From positions 61,628,001 to 61,692,000 of the forward strand of contig OX597822.1 of assembly GCA_951406725.2 (NCBI GenBank): 64,000 bases of DNA, read 5' to 3'. The stretch is from Octopus vulgaris. Lineage: Eukaryota. The notes beneath the pieces were generated by a model. The model saw only the letters and a program-made list of their open reading frames with translations, did no database searches and was not told the DNA's origin. Both the position numbers and the translations under genes were made by a program. Shown here piece by piece: positions 54,306-64,000 of the stretch (positions are counted from its first letter, which is position 1; every line of letters begins with the position of its first letter).

Positions 54306-55468
54306 TTATATCGAACCCAGTACTTGACTGATACTTTACTTTATATATCGCAGAAGGATGAAAGTCAAAGTTGACCTCAGCAAGATTTGAATTTAGAAAG
54401 TAAAGACGCACGGAATGCTGCTAAACATTTTGTCCGGCATGCTAACAATTCTGCTAGCTCGCTGCATAGTATTATGTAATAATAACAGAAAAGTACATAA
54501 TCGAATGTATGCAGCGAGAAAACCAACTCAATACTTTAGGAAATATAACGGACGAAGGTGAAAGAAAGGCGTATGGCGAGGGGAATGGCAGCAAGAGAAA
54601 AGAAAAAGTGGCACAAAAATGTTACACTCTAAAAAAAAAGAAACAGCAATTAAAAAGAACAAAAAGAGATTTAATTAATTAGCAGGTGAAAGATAAAGTA
54701 GATAATATATAGATTTGAGAAACGAAGCAAGTATTTAAAACAAACCATTTTTTGGGGAAAATAAAAATATTTTTAAAGGATTTAACAAACAAGGTAAATA
54801 ACTCTACGAAGAAGCATAAAACAAGAAACATAAAATAAATTAACTAACCCATAAAACAAAAGAAAAAAAGCTGAGCCATCTAAACCACAAGAATGATGGA
54901 ATATCGTAAAGGAAGATAAAATCTATGTAAAAGAAAATTATTCGGAAATGAGCTGTGTAGGTGAAATCCAGTTTTTCTGAATGAAACACCTTAGCGGCAC
55001 TTCGTTCAAATTTACGTTCAGTGTTCAAATTCCGCCGAGGTCGACTTTGCCTTTCATCCTTTCAGGGACGATAACATAATTATCATTTGAGTAACGGTGT
55101 CGATATAATCGATGAACTCCTTCCCCAGAAATTGCCATCCTTGTGCCAAAATTTGAAACCAATTTAGGGCGGCATAATAAATAGGAGGCTGTATGTATGG
55201 CTATTTTTTTTTAAAGCCTCCTCTTCCTAGTGGCACAGAGCAGTCACTGCCCCATTTTCTCTTTCGTGCTATATTAAACTTAAAAGATCCTTAATACATC
55301 GACAACACTACACCCCAGAATATACCAGGGCTGGACTGTCGACTCATCTGATCCTTTTTTTTTTACTGGCGTATCAGTAATTAAGGCTCTATCTTATCGA
55401 TTCGGTTTTTGTATCTGTAATGAGAGGTCAGTATATATGTTTCCGCACGAACTCAGCCCTGTTGAATA

Positions 55469-55668
55469 GGGCGACGAGCTGGCAGAAACGTTAGCGCGCC
55501 GTTACGTTCTGAGTTCAAATTTTGCCGAAGTCGACTTTGCCTTTCATCCTTTCGGAGTCGATAGATATAGTACCAGTTACGCACTGGGGTCAATGTAATC
55601 GACTTAATCCCTTTGTCTGTCCTTGTTTGTCCCCTCTATGTTTAGCCCCTTATGGGCAATAAAGAAAT
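55469..55668 (+). mobile_element. SINE family A with internal deletion (others at 54990-55160 +, 51220-51432 -, 52920-53330 -, 62387-62523 -)
   Basis: Same head, core and tail motifs as the other family A copies. Confidence 0.85.
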
Positions 55669-56439
55669 ACGTATAGGACTTGCCTTATTTATATTACTGA
55701 TAATGACAGTGGTCATTAATAGTGGTGATAATGGTGTTGATGGAAACGTTGTTCTTATTGGTTTCGAGGGTGATGATTGATGCAATGTTGATAATAGCTG
55801 ATGCATGAACATTGTTACAATGGCGGTGGCCTTGAAGTTGTCGACGTTGTTCTCGTTGTTGTTTCTGCGATTCACATCGGTGTTGGTATTATCGACTATA
55901 ATAGTGGGAGGAATGTAGATGTGACATTTTTTTCCAGAGAAATTCGAGAAACGTGAGTTACTGACAAAGATGCTGACGTTGCTGTTGCTCCTTTTGTTGG
56001 ATTTTCTACAATGGCACTCGTTACAATTCAATGACGTCAATGTCATAGTTAAAGCGGGTGTGGTAGTAACACCAAAGTCTTTCGTTGTCATGACGACAAT
56101 TCCAATAATTCCTAGCGCTTTCCTTTTTCCCTGTTAAAATTATCTTCTTCCACAGTGAATACTAAAACGGCATTTTTGGCATCCGCTTGTTTTTTTTTTA
56201 TAGAATTTTTAATACAAGATTGCGGATTTTCTTGAAGGAAACGCTACTAGGGAGGAGTATCTTATGAGAAAAACTGCACATAAATGATGGGTGTTGGTTT
56301 GTCAAGAAAATTATCAGGAAAATACAATGCAAACGTATCCTTTTGAGAGCGAAAGCAGCAAAATGCCTGAAACATACAGAAGCAAAATCCCATAGTGTTC
56401 ATAGCAAATATCAATAATAATAATGATGATGATGATGAT

Positions 56440-57050
56440 GATAGTGTACCATACACACGAATGAAGGGAAAGATGAAGGAGGAATATAGATGCATCAGAT
56501 TAATACTGAAAACAAAGATACATTCAAAAAATAAGGTAAAAGGCATCAATACTCGAATTGTAACAAATATAAGTTATAGTTATATTATTCTCAATTGGAG
56601 AGAGAAAGTGTAGAGAGAAAGACCGGAAAAATAATGGCTGCATTTAGAACACAGCACTCAAAATCTGATGCTGAAAAATTATATTTTCTATGTATATAGG
56701 GAAATTCAACAACAGATGTATTATATAATATTTACAGTACAACTACAAAAATGTTTACTAAACAAATTATGAAAGCTTTTAGAAATAGCTATGAAACCCG
56801 AACAAAACTAACTCCTGATTTTTCTCTTTTTTTTTTGCCTTCAGGGATGTCGATAAAAACTAAAATCTACTTTTTTGTCTTCAAGAATGTCAATAAAAAC
56901 AAAGGCTGAAATGATAAATAGCCATGAAGAAGAAAAGAAGCAACAGAAATTATGAAAAGGCTGAAATTTAAGATAAAATTGAAACTACAGAACGCTCCGA
57001 TAAAGAGATAGTAAGACAAGCTCCTACAGAAATATCCGAAGGCTATTTGT
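56440..57050 (+). pseudogene. Decayed R4/Dong fragment
   Basis: MKGKMKEEYRCIRLILKTKIHSKNKVKGINT..ISYSYIILNW; homologous to 46955-47450. Confidence 0.75.
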
Positions 57051-57055
57051 AGAAA

Positions 57056-57310
57056 CGTGGAGGAACGTGGCTTTGTGGTTAGGGTGTCAGCATCATGATT
57101 GTAAGATTGTGGTTTCGATTCCTGGAGCGGGTGACGCGTTGAATTCTCGAGCAAAACATTTCATTTCACGTTGCTCTAGTCCACTCAGCTGCCAAAATTG
57201 AGTAACGGTGCGATGGACTGGCGTCCCGTCCAGCTGGGGAACACATACGCCATTGAAACCGAGAAACCGGGCCCATGAACCTGGCTAGGCTTTAAAAGGG
57301 CGCATTTATT
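57056..57310 (+). mobile_element. SINE family C variant
   Basis: Near-identical to 62824-63070 (gtggttagggtgtcagcatcatgat.gtaagattgtggtttcgattcctgga..tttaaaaggg.gcattta). Confidence 0.88.
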
Positions 57311-57349
57311 TTTTATTATTTGTCGAAACTACATATAAAAACGGTCTCC

Positions 57350-59590
57350 ATGACCACTAAAGCAACTATTCTCCCTTAGAATTACAGGTGCATGTTCAGA
57401 GCAGGCCCATTCACACGGACCACGTTCACCACTCTCCTCCTTTCAACAAATTTTCTGGGAAGCCAAACTTTCCTCCGTACCCTCACTTATCATTTCAAGT
57501 GAAATTTTTAAAACTCGATGAGGGCTACGCCAAAGAGGAAAGTGTCTTATTGTCATGATACAATTTGTCCATGTCCACTTTGTTACAATGAGAAAAGTCA
57601 GTCCGTTCCTGTCAGACAGTCTATAATTTGTGAGTAAGTTTGTAAGGCTTTGCACCAGAGAAACAATTTTGTTATAGCTACCACACAGAAGAAAAACGGC
57701 TTGAACTTCCCAACCAATGGAAGCCGGCAAGGTGATCTTCACAGTGGAGTCGGCTGATAGTCGGATCCGTCCTACACGTGATAGTAGCTGTTCGATATAA
57801 CTCCGCAAGTCAGTATGGGTCGTGTACTGTACGAGTGCATGTAGGACGGTTTCGTAGCTCTGCGTGGACCTCAGCCAGGCGCGGCTGCCAGTATTACCAT
57901 GCGTATAGAGTTTAAGCTGAAACAGTTATCCCCCGCCACCCATTAACACTGATAGACCAGAGACTTCTGGAAATTATCTATGGCTCCAGTTTGGAAATCT
58001 TCTGGGAAAGGCTAGCTAGATAATTTTCATCGACGCTCAATGTCTCTCCAAGGACGCCATCTCTCTTATTACTATTCCTGTTCAGGACGCCATAGCGGAA
58101 GACCCACCGAATAGTCTGGCAGAGGGATATGAGAGCCTAACAGCATTCAAGGTACCAGGCGTTCTGCTTCGGTGTACTTTTAATTCAGAACTCCACCTTT
58201 GTGAAGGAGAGGAACTGCTGAAAAGCGTGTCTGGCGAACGGTGACAACACCTGCTCACTGTCAAGGAAATGTTGATGTCGTAACTTCAGCTTACGTCTGT
58301 GCATCATTATGTACAACGTGTCCATCCATCTACACAGCAGGTGTTGACTACAAATGGATCATCTGATCAACGGAACATGTCCCCTTCAAAGAAAGTAGAA
58401 AAGCAAGCAATCCATTGTAGTCAACCATAAAGCGGAGCAAGACATGAGGGTCAGGCAGTAGCAGATGACAGATGCGATGTGAGTTTTCACCACCAGCATC
58501 CGACCCTTCGGGGATACTTTCTTCTCTACCCATATTTTAGTGACAATGGCCACCCTGTTCGTCACCTCTTCTCAGTTGGATGGCGTGGAACTGCTTTTCC
58601 AGTTGCAGAGTGGCTGAACCACCTGCCTGGTTGATTTATGCTCCTGCCACCGATCACCTCAATGTACCGATCACCTCAATGTATTTGGTGTCCGACACAA
58701 TTATAATGATGTCGTCGTCCGCACCATGCCCTTCAAAAACCTCCAGCATCTCCAGTCATCATTCTAGTGCTAGCACGTACAGAAGTAGAGAGCTGGAACT
58801 CTTTCGACGAACCTAACGCACGAATTTGAACGGTTCCGACAGATGGTCATACATTCTGACTACAGAGCAAACTTCGCAATACAGTGAGGAGATCAATCTT
58901 CTGAAGACGAGCTTGAAACCAGCCATCTTCAGAATAGCCACGAAGTATTGATAGTTGATTCCATCGAAGGCTTTCGAATGGTTTAAATTAATACTCTATC
59001 TAACCTGTCTATAGTGTATCGCGTGTGGTGGATAGATCTCATTGGGATGACACATGCCGTCGCATCACCAACAAGATCATCAATGAAAAGCGTAAACATC
59101 TTAGCAAACATTGACGAACATCTTAACTATTATATTTAACAGTTACGGGTTTAATATTATCAAGGTCGACCCCACGCTAATGTTCAGATAATTTCTCAAC
59201 AGTAGCACTGCATCACATATCGCAGGACAGGGGATTCTTCCCTTTGCATTAGCAGTTTGCCAAAAGGATACCAAACAAGACTAGCATGTGAAAGTAAAGT
59301 TTGTAGGACAGATCATCCAGTTATGGCAACTTCTCTTTCATATGCATTCATTTAACGCTTTCCGTTTATCATTAGCTGTTATCGGCTTTTCGCAGGACTC
59401 TGCATTTCCATCCGACGCAGGCAGTAAAGCCCATACTCATCTTCGACACACCGTCGGCCCCGAACAGTTAAGTGAAGTGCCAATGAAAAGCCGCTCACAT
59501 CTACTTGGAATCGTGTATTACGTGCCCAGTTTGACTCGTCAAAGATCAAATGGTGGTTTTGTTATCACATTGTGCCTCCACCACGCGAAC
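57350..59590 (-). pseudogene. Decayed L1/Tx1-clade LINE ORF2
   Basis: Minus-strand translation about 58690-58995: INLNHSKAFDGINYQYFVAILKMAGF..LISSLY..HLSEPF..LLLYVLALE..ADDDIII (RT motifs); NIKPVT near 59150. Boundaries approximate. Confidence 0.75.
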
Positions 59591-59624
59591 TAATCGAAAG
59601 ATTTCCGTTTCTTCATATCTTAGA

Positions 59625-59843
59625 GCACCATGGTTCCACTGCTTTGTGGCAGAAGTAGGAAGATGGAGTGAGAGAAAGTTGTGGTGAAAGAGTACAGCGG
59701 AGATCAACACTACTCCTCGCCGGATCATCGTGGAGCTTAGGTGTTTTTGCTCAATAAACACTCACAATGCCCGGTCTGGGAATCGAAACCGCGTTCTTAC
59801 GACCACGAATCCGCTGCCTAACCACTGGCCCATTGCGCCTCCA
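59625..59843 (-). mobile_element. SINE family D
   Basis: Reverse-complement match to 32540-32755; head ggaggcgcaatgggccagtggttagg..tttcgattccc. Confidence 0.85.
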
Positions 59844-59902
59844 CTCTGCTGGTGCTGCTGTTGTTTCTGCTGCGGCTGCAATCATTGTTGTTTTTGCCTT
59901 CG

Positions 59903-59961
<59 letters not shown>

Positions 59962-60503
59962 GCTGCTGTCATTGCTGCTGTTGTAATTGCTGCCTATGCT
60001 GCTACTATGGTTTCTGCTGCTGTTGCTGCTGTTGTTACTGCTAGCGCTATTGTCTTCGTATTCATCTGTTCTCCTGTCGTCAAATCTAAAGTTAGCAGTC
60101 AAGCCTGTTGATGTTTGAGTTGAGATGAAAAGAAATGCTGTATTCAATGTTTTATTCGGAGAAATCTTTTCCCTTCCTATCACTTCATACACTGCTGTGG
60201 GAATGAGCTCTGGTGTCATCATAATTTTAAGCATTAAAATTTACGATATGGTGAAATTTTGTTGTTAGGGAGGCGCTCCTTAAGGCCCACACTTACTGTC
60301 TTCATCTTCACACAATGAAGTAAGGATCTTTATTCAACGAACTGTCCCCAAATTAAAATACAACAAAGTATATCCAAGAAAAAAAACCATCTAACCTTTC
60401 ACGATCCGAAGCAAAGTACCTCTAACACATAGCAACAACAACAACAACAACAACAACAATAACAACAACGATTATAATGATATTAGTAGTAATAATTACT
60501 TAC

Positions 60504-60961
60504 TGTAAGCCCAGATACCATCTGTAACATAACTCGGACATTTTTCAAAGACCCTAGTCTTCGCAGGAGTCATGTTCCAACAGCCGTAACCATCCCAAGT
60601 AGGTGGACAATACAAAGTGTTGTTGTTTGGTGTAAACGTCTGGATATTTCTGTGTTGTTCCTGACAGCATTTCAAAGCTGCCAAACAACAGGAGTTCCAA
60701 AGATAGCATCTATCGTAATCATTAATGGCTCCACAAAGCTGTGTCATCGCAGTTTCATTTTCGACGTCTGGAGCAGCGCTGTAGTTGGTGTTGACAACGT
60801 TCAAATTATAGTCGAGTGTATGATGGAAAACGTTTAAATTTGGAAATAAGTAGTAGTAACACATTGTGCAAGTGATGAGCTTATATAAGTGAAAAGGTTG
60901 TGTACCAGATCGATCACGGCAGTGGATCGGATACATTGGAAGGTAGAGGGTGGATAGCAAT
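60504..60961 (-). CDS. Class B1 (secretin-family) GPCR, calcitonin/CGRP/PDF-receptor-like; large ectodomain exon (first exon found)
   Basis: Translates LLSTLYLPMYPIHCRDR...WNSCCLAALKCCQEQ...YCPPTWDGYGCWNMTPAKTRVFEKCPSYVTDGIWAY, containing the hormone-binding motif C-x-x-x-WDG-x-x-CW-x-x-TP-x(7)-CP. Donor GTAAGT (plus acttac 60498-60503), phase 1. Acceptor ...tctcatcag is plausible, but the frame stays open about 45 nt further up, so the 5' boundary is uncertain. Confidence 0.93.
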
Positions 60962-61908
60962 CTGATGAGACAATCGGGATCAAAAGTTATAGACGAGTGA
61001 TTACTCTTTTAATTATAAATTCTCTTATACATAATTTTTTGTTTGTTCACATTCATGCATGTATGTATGCGTATATGTATCTATATACAAATATATGTAA
61101 TTATGTATGTATTATGTATATATGTGTGTATCTTTTATATAAGTGTGTATTTATGGCGATGTGCTCGGAATAAATAATATATAAACGTTTACTTTTACTT
61201 CTACAAGTTCTCACCAATATTCAGTATTGACTTCTTTTGCATCTGGTAGGATGTATATGTTATGTGTGTGTGTGTGTGTGTTTGTGTGTGCGTGTGGATG
61301 GATGGATTATAAAGGAATAAAGATGTGACTGTTATAGCTTTCCTAATGGAAATATTGACGTAAGTGGATTGAAATGCGTTCTAATCGAAATCTTTTCCGT
61401 ATCGCAGTACTGGCACAACTGGTGTATACTTCTTTTGCATCGCTTCTGGGAAATGTTACACTTACAAATGGTCAATGACATATATTTACCATCAAAAATC
61501 CCGCTACTTGAATGTTTCAATTGCACGTTTAATGTTTCCTTTGCTGTGATGATGTATGTTTCTTTCTTTATTTTCCGTTCCTATTTTCCATTTCGTAGAG
61601 CTTGTGTGTCTATGTGTGTGTGTTACTTCATTCAAAGTCCAATTGGTATTTCAGAAATCTAAACGGTGCACCTGTATTTAAAATAAAAGTACATGTATAT
61701 AGTATATGCACACCTACATAAACGCACACATATACAACCCACGCACAAATACAAATACACAAACCCTTAAAAAAACACATGCTTATATAAATATTGGAAA
61801 GCAAAAAATCATGAAAGTCGGAAGCGTCAAAACCATTGCAGCGGAAATCTTGAAAACTATTTCTACAACGAAAATACGTCAATGCATACATGCATTCATA
61901 CATGTATA

Positions 61909-61968
<60 letters not shown>

Positions 61969-62008
61969 CATACATACATACGTACATACATACATACATA
62001 CATACATA

Positions 62009-62340
62009 CCGTAAATCCTCGAGTATAGTCCGCCTTTGTGTATAATACGCAGGGGATTTTTAAGGGGCTGTAACTCTGAAAAACCTAAACCTTGTGTATA
62101 ATACGCACCCCTTCTATAACTTGAGTCAAGGAGGACTATATAATGTCCTTGGTTTGTAAAAATATATACGGTAACGTCCTTTATTATTATTGTATATATA
62201 ACATAATGCAAACGTGTAGATTTTTTGTGCATTTTGTTTGCAGAAAATAAAGAAATAACAGTAATAACGTTTAATAAATGTTGCTTATTGCAAGTTATGG
62301 ATGATTTTCTTTATGACTTCATTGCTTTCAAACAATGTTG
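62009..62340 (+). mobile_element. One end of a pogo/Tigger-like DNA transposon
   Basis: TA|CCGTAAATCCTCGAGTATAG terminus and repeated subterminal ttgtgtataatacgca. The second full TIR was not seen. Confidence 0.55.
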
Positions 62341-62823
62341 AGAAATATGAACCCGAAATATTTCCTTAAAATAAGTAGTTTCAAATATTCTTTTCTACTC
62401 TAGGCACAAGGACTGAAGTTTTTGGGGAAGGAGCTAGTCGATTAGATTGACCCCAATATGCAACTGGTACTTAATTTATCAACCCCGAAGGATGGAAGGC
62501 AAAGTCGACATCGGCAGAATTTGAGAGAGTGTTTGTTGAATGAATTAGGAATGGAGAATCCCAGTGGATTTATTAAGTAAAATTTTATACCATCAGTCAA
62601 AAGTCAGTAGTGCTCATAGCTAACACACTAACTTAATTGGCTTAATTTGCCTAAAAGAACACATCATATCATGCAGTAACCACAATTAGAGGTCGACATA
62701 TATTGTGTTATCATTACGTTCGTCTACGATTTGATGGTATCCTTTTGTAGTTTTGAAGGACGACTACAGTAGGGCCCTTCTTTGTCGTTTCAAGTTCAAA
62801 TAAGAACGAGTATGTATGTAAAA

Positions 62824-63070
62824 CGTGGAGGTGCGTGGCTTAGTGGTTAGGGTGTCAGCATCATGATCGTAAGATTGTGGTTTCGATTCCTGGACCAGGT
62901 GACGCGTTGTGTTCTTGAGCAAAACACTTCATTTCACGTTGCTCCAGTCCACTCAGCTGGCAAAAATGAGTAACGCTGTGATGGGTTGGCGTCCCGTCCA
63001 CCTGGAGAACACATACGCCATTGAAACCAAGAAACTGGACCCATGAGCTTTAAAAGGGTGCATTTATATT
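62824..63070 (+). mobile_element. SINE family C variant
   Basis: Matches 57056-57310. Flanked by gtatgtaaaac on both sides (TSD-like). Confidence 0.88.
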
Positions 63071-64000
63071 TATTTTATGTATGTAAAACCTGATACGGGG
63101 TATTTGAACAGAAGTATCGTACTAGGAAGCCGCTCATTTGAGTCGTGTTGTCATCTTCAAGTAGATAAATGCTGAGATTCAATAATCTTAATCTCAATCT
63201 TTAAAACTTTTCCATGATGAGTAATTATATTTCTTACAAATATAACGAACTGTCACTGTTATATATTTTCGATAATATTTATTTTTAAATTGCTTCCCAG
63301 CGGAATTAATAAAGTGAAATTTTATCAGTATTGTTTTCAAGACACACACATACATATACACACGGAAAAATCAATTACTTGTCCGTGAAAATTTAATTGT
63401 GTATCATATATGGAAACAAACAAGAAAAAATACCACGACAAGCGAAATTGTGTGTCTAAAAATGCAAAAATATATTGCAATAACAATCAACCAAATGAAA
63501 AGTAACAAAGAAATATACAAAGAGTTTTAAACTTTAAAGGAAGAAACGATTCGAGTGATACTCTTTACCAAAGAAGAGAAAAAAAGAACAAAAGAATTGT
63601 GAAGCAGGAAAAAAAATTTACACTACCAAAAAAAGACCACCGTTTACATGGCATGCCTAAGGGAAAATAAAAGTTGAAGAACTAGGGTGGGATGACCGTA
63701 AGTTTCAGCATGATGTGGGGCACAGTGATGCTAAGTAGACAATGGGGGATGGAGTCAGAAAAAGAAAATGGGTAGGAAGAGTGGCTGGAAAGGTAAGTCA
63801 AAGTCAGCGGGAAGGGGAGAAAATATTTGGGAAAACTAGCAACGGAGAGGAAACGTAGTGGAGAGTTCACAATACCGGTGTTTGTGTATGTGCGTGGATG
63901 TATCGGATATGTGTGTTTTGTTAAGGTGTGGAGGGATGTGCAAAGAAATGTTAAGTTGGAGATATGTTTGTAAGTAAGATGATATGTACGTCAGTAAGTC

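Noticed and set aside
59730-60234. Poly-Cys/Val/Asn ORFs near the first exon
   Set aside because: Derived from (GTT)n/(GCT)n repeats and an adjacent SINE.
60962-64000. Search for the start/signal-peptide exon and promoter
   Set aside because: No convincing ATG plus hydrophobic stretch with a matching donor was recognised.

Overview
AT-rich, microsatellite-dense eukaryotic DNA. The SINE/LINE repertoire resembles an Octopus (coleoid cephalopod) genome; this is an inference, not proven. The whole window lies inside one minus-strand gene. By hand I found five coding exons (60504-60961, 29348-29451, 28199-28290, 11447-11597, 6676-6826) with canonical GT-AG sites and matching phases (1,0,2,0). They splice into one open frame encoding a class B1 (secretin-family, calcitonin/CGRP/PDF-receptor-like) GPCR from the ectodomain to the start of TM4, with an extended 14-Cys ectodomain. 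Three of these exons are absent from the supplied ORF track. The start codon was not found, and TM4-TM7 probably lie below coordinate 1. The introns (31.1, 1.1, 16.6 and 4.6 kb) hold decayed transposons: a full-length piggyBac with TTAA target sites, a 5'-truncated CR1, many R4/Dong fragments, L1/Tx1 fragments, a non-autonomous Helitron, Helentron-type elements, MITE/foldback structures, Penelope-type ends with minimal hammerhead-like motifs, and four tRNA-derived SINE families including nested tandem multimers. Almost all other listed ORFs are microsatellite artefacts. I see no evidence of a wholly new molecular system; the best leads are the divergent orphan GPCR, the hammerhead-like palindromes and the multimeric SINEs.
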